Of a stretch of 32,883 nt of DNA, positions 1 through 10,100 are shown in pieces (position 1 is the first letter of the stretch; each line of letters opens with the position of its first letter). This DNA is from Octopus bimaculoides (Eukaryota), in the NCBI RefSeq assembly GCF_001194135.2, contig NC_068999.1, forward strand, positions 15,163,277 to 15,196,159, written 5' to 3'. The notes under the pieces are model-generated. The model saw nothing but the letters and a program-made list of their open reading frames with translations. It did not search any database and was not told where the DNA came from. The position numbers and the translations under genes are program-made.

Positions 1-155
1 ATATATATAAAACAAATAGTAAATGAGTATATGCATATATACGTACAGGTATGTGCTTAACCGACATCCACCTGTATGTATAGGTTCATATCTGGGTACA
101 GGACATTGCAAGCAGAACGTAGACAAGAAAACACACAAGCCACATGGAGAACATT

Positions 156-232
156 TTCCTTCATCAGCTACCCCGGTTTTAACACCGGCGTTTCGAAGAG
201 CTGGGTACGACGCATCGTTAAAACGGCTCTTC
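156..232 (-). ncRNA. Candidate permuted hammerhead ribozyme
   Basis: Minus strand: GCG-UC (213-209), GUACCC (208-203), CUCUUC-GAAA-CGC (200-188), GGGUAG-CUGAUGA-AGGA (173-157). Stem III ACGC/GCGU; stem I 5 bp with a G.G mismatch at the 1.1/2.1 position; stem II weak. Manual pairing only. Confidence 0.4.
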
Positions 233-563
233 CCATGGACCGCAAATTAAATTTGTATACACAAATTAAACCTTGCCATGGAGGAATATAGTGGCGGACA
301 AAAAACAAGACAAAAAAACAAACAGAAAAGGCTATAAGGCCTGACGGGAAAAATTATGTGTGTATGAACGCTGTGAGGCACGAAATTGAAAGTGGGGACG
401 AAGTAAGTTCGCGTGTTTGCTCGGCGATAGCCAAGGAAGAAAATGATTATTGACCGGAAGTATGTGACCATGCCGGTATAAGGGGAAGAGAGACAGTGGT
501 AGAGGGAGAAAAAAAGGGGAGGAAGTAGAAGAATAGGTGAGCAACGAGAGGAAAAGAGGAAGA

Positions 564-690
564 GAGGAAGTACGAGAGGGGGAAACGAGATACGTAGAAG
601 TAACAGAGGAAGAACGAGAGGGGTAAAGAGAGATACGTAGTAGTAAACAGAGGAAGAACGAGAGGGGGAAAATGATAGAGGAAGAGAAAG
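564..690 (+). repeat. Three imperfect purine-rich 42-44-bp tandem units (GAGGAAGAACGAGAGGGG...)
   Basis: GAGGAAG(A/T)ACGAGAGGGG starts at 564, 606 and 650. Confidence 0.8.
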
Positions 691-1317
691 AGAAAGAGAA
701 ATAGATAGGGTAGCGTCGGAAAATATAAAGTTGCGATAACTACTTACAAATTGGTGACGCTGCGTTCGGTCAAGTAAAAACAAATAGTAAATGAGTATAT
801 GCATATATACGTACAGGTATGTGCATACCGACATCCACCTGTATGTATAGGTGCATATCTGGGTACAGTACATTGCAAACAAAACGTATACAAGAAAACA
901 CACAAGCCACATAGAGAACATTNNNNNNNNNNNNNNNNNNNNNNNNNNNNNNNNNNNNNNNNNNNNNNNNNNNNNNNNNNNNNNNNNNNNNNNNNNNNNN
1001 NNNNNNNNNNNNNNNNNNNNNNNNNNNNNNNNNNNNNNNNNNNNNNNNNNNNNNNNNNNNNNNNNNNNNNNNNNNNNNNNNNNNNNNNNNNNNNNNNNNN
1101 NNNNNNNNNNNNNNNNNNNNNNNNNNNNNNNNNNNNNNNNNNNNNNNNNNNNNNNNNNNNNNNNNNNNNNNNNNNNNNNNNNNNNNNNNNNNNNNNNNNN
1201 NNNNNNNNNNNNNNNNNNNNNNNNNNNNNNNNNNNNNNNNNNNNNNNNNNNNNNNNNNNNNNNNNNNNNNNNNNNNNNNNNNNNNNNNNNNNNNNNNNNN
1301 NNNNNATATATATATTC

Positions 1318-1516
1318 TTTTTCTACTCTAGGGGCAAGGACAAAAATGTTGGGGCATAGAGCCAGTCGATTCGATGGATCCCAGTACGCAAATGGTACTT
1401 AATTTATCGACCCCGAAAGGATGAAAGGCAAAGTTGACCTCGGTGGAATTTGAACCCAGAACGTAAAGTCAGACGAAATACCTCTAATCATTTCGCCCAG
1501 CGTGCTAACGTTTCTT
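1318..1516 (-). mobile_element. tRNA-derived SINE, downstream monomer of a head-to-tail pair
   Basis: Minus strand: AAACGTTAGCACGC head remnant, B-box-like GGTTCAAATTCC, central GCCTTTCATCCTTTCGGGGTCGATAAATTAAGTACC. The central part resembles the Meta-domain type of SINE core (recognition, not searched). Confidence 0.8.
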
Positions 1517-1747
1517 ATTTCTTTATTGCCCACAAGGGGCTAAATATAGAGGGGACAAACAAGGACAGACAAAGGTATTAAATCGATTACATCGACCCCA
1601 GTGCGTAACTGGTACTTAATTTATCGACCCCGAAAGGATGTAAGGCAAATTCGACCTCGGCGGAATTTGAACGTAGAACGTAGCGGCAGACGAAATACTG
1701 CTAAACATTTCGTTCAGTGTGCTAACATTTCCACCTGTTCGCCGCCT
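1517..1747 (-). mobile_element. tRNA-derived SINE, upstream monomer
   Basis: Minus strand begins AGGCGGCGAACAGGTGGAAATGTTAGCAC, has B-box-like GTTCAAATTCC and the same central domain as 1318-1516, but a different 3' tail. Confidence 0.85.
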
Positions 1748-1899
1748 TATGCACATTTATATTCCATGAATGTGAAGTAGCGGGATGAAAAGAAGAATAT
1801 TATCCAATCTACATTTGATGTAACTGTTCCGGTGAAGCGGCAAGAGGCGATGGTTGTTTCGCCAGACCTAATTTAACATTAAGCACATGCCATAATAGC

Positions 1900-2610
1900 C
1901 GATATCGAAGACACACTGGAGATGGAAAACCACTGAACGATTAAAAAGTGAATATGAGTAATGGCTAGAGGAATATTAGATGAAGCATAGTAGCTAGTTT
2001 ATTGAGCAGACGAGGATTTATCTTAGTGAGAGGTCCAGTACGCAACAATGTCTTTCAGAGGAAAGCTTCAAAAGAGTGCTCTTTCTCTCCTACTTGCCCT
2101 ATAACGTTGCTATACTCAGATTACGCGGAGCTGTCAACTGGTATGACCTCAATGCAAGTTGCTTGCAAATGACAAGCGCCAGAGACCTGTTCAAAATTCA
2201 GAGCCAAAAATTCGCATAGTGTGGTGTTTATTTGGAGAGTTGCAGAAAGAAGTACATTTTTTTAATAGCTAGAGAAAACATTCCGACTTTGAAATAAGAA
2301 TCTTTTGACAGCCTCCGGCGTACGCTAGGGAATTGTCAGAAGGATGTCGCAGTTCGCAAATTACAAAGTAAGTCGAGAATGGACTAACAGCAATTAATGC
2401 TTCAAAGCTATAAGGCAAGCATTAAATATAATGGGCACTTTTAATATACGAGTCGATCTGTAATGGGTTCAAGTCACGGAATAAATTGCAATGTGTTCGT
2501 TAGAACGTGGCTAGGCCTACTCTGGATATGAAACACTTCAGATTTTTTATCGGGAAAGTGGCTGATTACAATTACCAATGCCAATCGTCGAAATTTATGA
2601 AGTATGGAAG
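1900..2610 (+). pseudogene. Highly decayed Ty3/Gypsy-type gag-protease remnant
   Basis: Manual translation with frameshifts gives (L)GDGKP at ~1916-1933, SFKRVLFLSYLPYNVAIL at 2064-2117, a degenerate F-L-I-D-T-G-like site at ~2436-2460, and TLDMKHFRFFIGKVAD...MKYG at 2519-2608. These match, in order, the gag LGDRKP and LFLQRLP motifs and the protease TLxLG..F...VAD..PILGADF motif. Confidence 0.45.
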
Positions 2611-2934
2611 GTACTTTATACAGATGTAAAAATGGTCAATTAGAAAGTACACCGAGGTATAGTGAGTATCACACAAATTGATATTTAGGAGCTTGGATTT
2701 GGCTGTGCTGATATGAAGCAGATGCTGCAGATGATGCAAGGCAACCGTATGTATTTCACGTTGAGGGGAGGGGGAAGACAGAAGAGAAGTTCATTTTATT
2801 CAATACGCTTAATAACGACAGATGACAAGATCGGAGGAACATGTAACTGAGAAAAAAAAAAAGTTGCAATGAAATATAGAAGTGGAGTTCATCAGGTCTC
2901 AGTTCTCACTTTGTCGTCCTACGATGCCTTGAAA

Positions 2935-3005
2935 TCTAGAAACCTAATGAGATGGAATATATGTCAGAAGTCGTCTAGATGCCTAATGAGATGGAATATA
3001 TCAGA
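2935..3005 (+). repeat. Local tandem duplication, period 39 bp
   Basis: TCTAGAnnCCTAATGAGATGGAATATAT at 2935 and 2974. Confidence 0.85.
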
Positions 3006-3475
3006 GAGTAACAAATGCGGATGCTGGTATGTCAGAACATAGTAGCATATTCTGTCCAACTGTTCCCCGGCATTGGATAGATATAATTGGAGCCACATTA
3101 TCGTCATTAAGTTCTCTTTAATACTTCAAACAACCAAATTGCTCTCATCAGCAGGAGCAAAGATATCAAAATTAACAAAAAATACAGTGAAGATAGCAAC
3201 CAGATATTATTTTCATTACTGTTGTACATCCAGGAGAGAAGATCCGTCTGAAGATGAAAAAAAATCTTTTAAAGTGTGAAAAGTGGAACAGCTATTGGGT
3301 GGCGGCTTCAGATTTAATAGGGCATTCTTCCCTTTTTCTATAACGAATTAAGCAATTGTCTTCATATGGTGTGAAAAAGAAAAGTTAGTAAGGCCAGTCG
3401 CGAAGTAACAAGGACACCGGTCGGAAAAACGTGCGCGCACTCGCACACATACATATATTACTTTCTTGTTTGTAT

Positions 3476-3637
3476 GATACACACACACACACTCACACAC
3501 ACACACACACACACTCACACACCCACACAAACACATACACACAAACACACACACACACACACATATATATATNNNNNNNNNNNNNNNNNNNNNNNNNNNN
3601 NNNNNNNNNNNNNNNNNNNNNNNNNNNNNNNNNCATA

Positions 3638-3678
<41 letters not shown>
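3476..3678. repeat. (CA)n/(AT)n/(TG)n microsatellite block spanning N-gap 3573-3633
   Basis: Directly visible dinucleotide runs. Confidence 0.95.
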
Positions 3679-3840
3679 GACAGACTTCTTTCAGTTTCCG
3701 TCTACCAAATGCGCTCACAAGGCTTTGGTCGGCCCGAGCATATAGTAAAATACAATGCCCATGATGCTATGCAGACGGACTGAATTCGGAACCCTGTGGC
3801 TGGGAAGCAAGCTTGGTACCTCACAGCAAAGTCTGCGCCT
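3678..3840 (-). mobile_element. tRNA-derived CORE-like SINE head and body (same family as 28291-28712)
   Basis: The reverse complement aligns by eye with 28291-28455 (GGCGCAG..., TCGGGCCGACCAAAGCCTTGTGAG, TTTGGTAGACGGAAACTGAAAGAAG). Confidence 0.85.
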
Positions 3841-3882
3841 ATAGATTTATATGTATTGTATCTCTTTAACCTATGTGAATCT

Positions 3883-4090
3883 GTAGACTGCAGCCGTGCT
3901 GGGGCACCATCTTGAAGAATGTTTAATCGACTGAAGCGAACTTAAAACATATTTTTGCTAAGCCTTGTACTTATTCCATCGACCACTTTAGCAGAACTGC
4001 TAAGTTACAGGGACATAAAGACACCAAAAGCGGTTGGCACGTGGTGGTGGGGGACAAATAGACAAAAAGACACACACCACACTCACACAT
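3883..4090 (-). mobile_element. 3' tail portion of the same SINE family
   Basis: The reverse complement (TTTGTCCCCC, GTAACTTAGCAGTTC, GGTGCCCCAGCACGGCTGCAGTC) matches 28505-28675. Confidence 0.75.
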
Positions 4091-4778
4091 ATATGTATAT
4101 TTTGCAAATTTATATATGTAATTGCGTATATATTAATGTGCCTGTACTATCTATATACATACACATGCATACACACCTTATGCTCATACGCTTGTATGTA
4201 TGTATGTGTAGGCATTACCAATGAAAAATTAGAATATATATCAGTTAATCAAATTTAATATTTGTAAATGGGAAGTCTTTTTTATTGTTGATTAAATTAC
4301 TATTTTGGATACCAGCAATACCACATGTTTCAATATATTAAATGATTTTCAAATTTAATTTAAACTTTCTTGTTTCTAATCTCTACCTAATGTTATTTTA
4401 GTGAATATCACTAAATCTTAATTAAAAGCTATATTTGTTTTAATTTTCATTAGGCTGTCTCAATAAACATTTTGAAATAGTTAATCTTCTACATTATAAT
4501 ATGCCTAAGACGAAGCAGATAACAGCTACATTGTATAAACATAGCTAAACACTCAGTCTCAGAAAAGCTATATTGCTGTTGTTGTTCTCTTTAAACAATA
4601 GCTAACAATTGTTATACTGACAGACCTCTCATTATTTCTTATGAAAACTGCTAAGAATCATTCCTGATATACTACATATAAATGATAATTTCTTCGTTTA
4701 GTTAAATATATGGAAGTTAAGATCAGTTACATCCATTCAATATATAAAAACATTATATACATTATAAACATTATATAC

Positions 4779-4781
<3 letters not shown>

Positions 4782-4833
<52 letters not shown>

Positions 4834-4875
4834 AGAGAGAGAGTATGTGTGTGTGTGTTTGTGTGCGTGCGTGTG
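4782..4875. repeat. Compound (AT)n(GT)n(GA)n microsatellite
   Basis: Directly visible. Confidence 0.95.
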
Positions 4876-4999
4876 TCAACAGTAAAGCCAGTCACTGCAT
4901 CAAACTTTCTGTTGAATGGTACTACTAGTTTAACCCCAGGCAGATTATCCGCCAGCTGGTTAACTATAAAACACCCTGAACTCTTTATATACAATATAT

Positions 5000-5622
5000 T
5001 GTTAGCAGGGGAAACAAACCCCTAGTAGCCTGTAGCAATTAACAAGATCGCTGACATTCAGCGACCACTTAGATGTGGCGACTGAATTTACTGTTTAGTA
5101 TAGTTACCACTCTACCTTCAATTCTCCTGTTTCTATTGCAACACATTTTGTGTGTAGTACGAGCAGTATACTACGCGTCTACATAAGGAACTCTCTAACT
5201 GTATGAATGAACACAACATATAAAATAATTCAATATACTGCCTGGATTTACCTGGAATTATACCTAATGATCTATATCTTCACGAAATATGGGCCATCCT
5301 CTAATATGTTGGTCCTAATACTTTTATCTACTATTTTATTCCCTATTAAATGTGAATTTCCTTGTCTAGGTCTTTCATACATACTGACCTCGACTCTGAT
5401 GACGGAATAACCAGTGTACGTACATACTAGCCTATCACTCGGAATATCCCAGAAACAGCTGTAAAACTTCAAATTCACCTTAATCTAATTAAGTATCGTA
5501 AATGACTTGCGATACAGTCCTGTCTTGATTTTTTGTGATTTCTGCTCTAATATATACCTGCTAACTCAGAAACATGATGCAGATCCCTAGCTCCAGCCCA
5601 GCTGTGACATTGGAACCTAACA
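5000..5622 (+). mobile_element. Hairpin-rich terminal-repeat-like element (Penelope-like pLTR or solo LTR, unresolved)
   Basis: Starts TGTTAG (5000) and ends CTAACA (5622); GTTAGCAGG/CCTGCTAAC inverted pair at 5001-5009 and 5557-5565; several short hairpins; contains a hammerhead-like motif. No target-site duplication found at either candidate end. Confidence 0.35.
5392..5467 (+). ncRNA. Candidate minimal type I hammerhead ribozyme (stem I decayed)
   Basis: CTGATGA 5396-5402; extended imperfect stem II (GGAATA/TATCC and CCAGTG/CACTCGG); GAAA 5452-5455; palindromic ACAGCTGT stem III; GUA triplet ending at 5463. Stem I GACT versus AAAC pairs at only 2 of 4 positions. Confidence 0.45.
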
Positions 5623-5689
5623 GTTTACCAATTATAGCAGTTAGCGTACCTACTCGTACCTTACATCACAAGTGAACTAAACCCATCAT

Positions 5690-6235
5690 ACATTATATGG
5701 TAGTTGTCTACTCTTTATGCAGAGTTTGACCACCTCCTGTACCTACACCTTAGATCCGTCATGGCGTTTGATGTGACTTTTGAAACCAGACAATATTTTG
5801 AAAAGACAGGCACATAGATTGTATAAACGATTTGGGCCACCAAGAGCTGCAGTTAATTTCTGATCTTTGTGGATCTTAAAACTGTCTTTTGAGGCCTTCG
5901 TTAGATTTATATGATAGCATACATGCGACTGAAAAGAGTTCATAGACATATAGGCAGAATAGTTGTTGGAGATTCGTTTTTTCTGGTGACGGCAACTGAA
6001 ATTTGAGGTCAGCAGAAGAAAGGCATCGTCTGTCACAAACTGGGCACACATAAAGGTCATTGTGAATCCTCTTCTCGATCGTAACCTCCTTCTTTAAATC
6101 TCTATTGAGTCTTGCATGCATTATCCTAGCCTCTTGAAACGCTTTCACTCTACTCCACACTTTTGTGGAGTAAATTATCCTGTCGCGGACATTAAAACTA
6201 GCTGCAATTCGTCTTCGTTCGAGATTCACCTTGTA
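5690..6235 (-). mobile_element. 3' fragment of an RTE-type non-LTR retrotransposon with C-terminal C2H2-like motifs (frameshifted)
   Basis: Translation DRIIYSTKVWSRVKAFQEARIMHARLNRDLKK, then YVCPVCDRRCLSSADLK and, in another frame, LCACLFKILSGFKSHIKRH. This resembles the post-RT C-terminus of RTE-clade LINEs. Confidence 0.75.
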
Positions 6236-8146
6236 TAAAGTATTATCCGCCTTTCTATATATATCTGTGATACGTTTGAAGACAAACTAGTTGTATAAGA
6301 TTTTGTCCACGTATGCAAGTGTATTGTATTGTGAAACGGCAGACAATTTTGTCCGAGTTTTTTTTCATTCAGTGAACTGGAATATGCATTGGTAGAATTG
6401 CAAAAAAATATCGCCCTTATAAGATCAAAAATTCCCTTTCACAAGGCCCTAGATACTCTTTTTCTTAGGTGATTGACTTGAATTTGAAACTGTACCTGTT
6501 GTCATCTTCTCTAGTTGTTTGTTTCCATCGAGGAAATATGTTCGCCTTCTCATTTCGGGGATAATATCATTTTTTTAAATAGGATTTATTATGCATTGCT
6601 TATTCGATGGAACCATAGAAAAATTCAGCGGAGTATATAACTATGTCTGTATGTATATTATCGTTACATTCAAACAATATTTGAATTACTGTAAATAAAT
6701 TTGAGAAGTATGTAGTTTTCTTTAGATTATTTTACCGAACAGTTTTACTATCAGCTTCACTGAGTTTAACACCATTTGTATGATATATTAGAAATTATCA
6801 TGTTTTCTTCATTTGGTCCTTTATATTTGAATTCAAATTTATTGAACACAAAGTGAAAAAAATAATTAGCTAATTTCTGCCGTCTATATGTCGTGGTTAA
6901 ATATTTCTCGAACGATATCCAGCAAATCGTAAACCACTTTACAACTTCAACAATATATTTCGTTCAATCGTCGAGATTTTGAAGATTCGGATAGCAAAAA
7001 ATATTTCAATTTCTACAATTTTAGCGGAATTGAAATTGCAAATTTCGAAGTACAATCTTCTATGGAAGAAAACTAGCAAAACTGTGGATAACATTCATCA
7101 TCACAATTTAATACTCACTTATCTATTTGTAAAACATATTGGACAGAACAGATTGTAGAACATTCAAAATAATTTGAAACCGTGTTTTCAAAAAGTTGTA
7201 TGAAAATCAAATTCTGAAAATTAAACTGAGACGATATCTCCTTTTCACTTTTTAAACTACAGTGAAAAACTACGACTCTCCTGTTGAATACGAATACCGA
7301 TATTGCGAGAGATCGCATGGAAGTGTTCTATGATAAGTATTAGGCAATAAATACGCAACGCTACACAACTACTATCGTCCTGAACGATCACTTAGCAACT
7401 AATTCCAGATAACGTGAAAATGAAATTACCTATCTTCGTTCCTGCTATGGTTGATGACGATCTCGTCATTATTACCATCGTCGCTGTTGTTCCCTTTTTA
7501 GTTTTTATACTGCTGTTCAAGCTTTTCTCCTTTAGTAGCATCGTCCCTGTTCTAAATGACACTTCCTGCAGAATTTTCATATGAAACAGTATATTAACTT
7601 TTTTTTTTTAGTTGTTACATTGGCTCCTTTCCTCAACAATTACCATTATATATATTGGCGTAAATTTTAGCACATTGCATAGCATAATAAAACCTAGAGT
7701 TGAAATAAAATAAATAGTTTCCAGTGGAGAATCTGCAGCAAAAGATTGATTCACTGAAATGAATGTATTAAATGAGAAATAACATCACACAAATACAATA
7801 CCAATGGTACAGATTTGTTTCTAACGTAGACTCGGTATTCTAGAAGATGACAGTTAACAAGCAAAGATTCAAAATTACTGACGATCACTTCTGGCGATCT
7901 AACATATTCAACATGACAACTGTACAAACACTGCATCAAAGAATACTTCTTGCTACCGTCAACTTGAAGTTATAAATGACGAGTATTAACCGCGTCCAAT
8001 ACCAGTATTTGTGTGCATGCAAATAATACACGCATACAAGCTTCCTCTAAGCGAAATCAGTGATAAGAGAGTTTTACGTGCGCATGTTTGGTATGTGTGC
8101 GCTTGTACAATAACTTACACACGCACACGCATACATACATATATTC

Positions 8147-8181
<35 letters not shown>

Positions 8182-9744
8182 TATANNNNNNNNNNNNNNN
8201 NNNNNNNNNNNNNNNNNNNNNNNNNNNNNNNNNNNNNNNNNNNNNNNNNNNNNNNNNNNNNNNNNNNNNNNNNNNNNNNNNNNNNNNNNNNNNNNNNNNN
8301 NNNNNNNNNNNNNNNNNNNNNNNNNNNNNNNNNNNNNNNNNNNNNNNNNNNNNNNNNNNNNNNNNNNNNNNNNNNNNNNNNNNNNNNNNNNNNNNNNNNN
8401 NNNNNNNNNNNNNNNNNNNNNNNNNNNNNNNNNNNNNNNNNNNNNNNNNNNNNNNNNNNNCACACATTCACACACACACATTCAAACAAACACATATAAA
8501 CATGTATATTTCCATGCAAATATACATACACGCATTCAAAAACATGCACACACATACATACACACATATATACATTCATGAATACAGTGTTTCTATGAAC
8601 AATCACAATAAATAATTTATAACTGTTTTTATTCAGATATTCTATCTAAATTTACCACATTAATCGTTCTAAATCTAATTTTCCAGACACACCTTATACG
8701 CATTTTATTATTTGAGTGTTGAAATAGGGCAAAACATATGAAAAATGTATGATTCAACCGTCTAAATCCACTGAAAGATATGCTACATGAACGTTGATAT
8801 CATTTGTCATAATACATAAAACATTATTCTCAAAATTTAATGTGGTCAATCTCCACTTTATAAATTTCTCCGCGATCGCTTTAAAATAATTTCATATAGA
8901 TTTTTCGAGAATTATACTATGAAGTAAATTGCATATTCTAAAGTTAACCAGAATAAACAGCTCTAATACATCTTAATAATTTTGTGTATATACTTACAAG
9001 TCATTGACTTAAATGCCAACAATTTTATGTCGGTAATTTAATGTCAATCCACTGACTGAAATGAAGTAAATATATGTTTATATATAATTTAGAGTTACCT
9101 CCAAGAATTTTTAGAACTTTTGCGAGATTTAAAATGTATTTACTTTCATACCTTACAGGATAAATAATATCTCATGATGCCAAAAATTAATCAAAATATT
9201 TATTACGAATTCCATTCTCTTTTGGCTTCTGTCCATTAATTTCATTATTATAATAGATTTCCATTTGAAATGACATACTTTTAGCTCACATTACTTTATG
9301 GAATACTTTATACGTGTATAGCATACTATGAAAAATATGGGAATATACTTCGCGAAATAATTTGCCAAAATGCGTCACGTCAATGCTATATCTTCGTCGT
9401 ATTTCCAAACATAAAATCCACTTAGAAAATTCTTGAAGCCTACAGCTACTAGCAAGCTATAAATCTATGAAAATTATTTGGAAGACATAAAGTTTTCCGT
9501 ATTAAATAAATGTATATGGATATTTTTAAAATGCTTGTTAATTAATAATAACCTCAAAGTTCACGATATATTTTATATCCAGACTTTGTTGCAGAGACTA
9601 GTAGAAAGTTATATTTGGTAGATCGTCATGTGAATATATTAGTTAATCATAATTCATACAGGTCACAAACCAAAATACTTCGATTTTTATGCCGAATATT
9701 ATCTATACATATTTTCTTTTACTTCTAATGTACTTAAAATCTAC

Positions 9745-10100
9745 GGATCAAAGCAGCAAATAGTAATTGTTTTTACATCCTCTTTTCGCACTTTTTTCTG
9801 TTTTCTGTAGTTGATTTATCGACCCAGAAATGTGTGCAAGACAAGACCTCGCATACTGGAGGACTTGGACACACAGATGCAGGAGGTTCTCAATGGTCTC
9901 TCCAACGATGTCCTTAAGATAGTTGTTCATTCGATCTCTGGCCGTTTGAGGAACCTGGTTGACGCCACCGGCGCTTACGTTGAAATATGAAGATTTACTT
10001 ACCATTTCTCGTGTAATAAAGACCATGGTTTCAATAAATTTGTAAAAGGAATATGAATTTTATTACCAATGTTTAATGTCTATTTTTCACCCACTCTATA
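9745..10100 (+). mobile_element. Tc1/mariner-family remnant: transposase C-terminus plus 3' end
   Basis: 9811-9990 translates LIYRPRNVCKTRPRILEDLDTQMQEVLNGLSNDVLKIVVHSISGRLRNLVDATGAYVEI*, a typical transposase C-terminal ending. AATAAA and a TIR-like TTTTCACCCACTCTATA follow at 10084-10100. No left TIR seen. Confidence 0.75.

Larger units (their letters stand above)
9..922 (-). mobile_element. Partially tandem ~768-bp repeat unit with ~147-bp direct repeats; candidate Penelope-like pseudo-LTR or retrozyme-like element
   Basis: Seen: 9-155 recurs at 777-922 with about 7 substitutions and 1 indel (manual count); the second copy runs into the N-gap at 923. The unit carries hammerhead core motifs on the minus strand. 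Inference: partial tandem termini plus hammerhead motifs are typical of Penelope-like elements. No RT/EN ORF is visible. Confidence 0.5.

Noticed and set aside
226-240. Canonical type I reading of the first hammerhead, using GAAGAGC/GCUCUUC as stem II
   Set aside because: The seven nucleotides upstream (UCCAUGG) match CUGAUGA at only 3 of 7 positions, and no stem I forms.
247-921. 224-aa minus-strand ORF rich in L/F/S/P
   Set aside because: Low-complexity translation of the pyrimidine tract in the repeat unit; no domain recognisable.
5000-5622. Firm call as a solo LTR
   Set aside because: No 4-6-bp TSD, the terminal match is only 6 bp, and there are two competing right ends.
6860-7330. Possible degenerate DNA-transposon or MITE sequence
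   Set aside because: No TIR pair, TSD or coding motif could be shown.
7392-7580. Short ORFs on both strands, including a hydrophobic 54-aa plus-strand ORF and a possible minus-strand exon
   Set aside because: The composition fits decayed AAT/GAT-type triplet repeats; no homology recognised and weak splice context.
9781-9811. Strong plus-strand splice acceptor before the open reading frame
   Set aside because: It lies within the mariner-family remnant, and the downstream frame is transposase-derived rather than a host exon.
9748-10026. 92-aa protein-like minus-strand ORF
   Set aside because: It is antisense to a recognisable transposase C-terminus on the plus strand.
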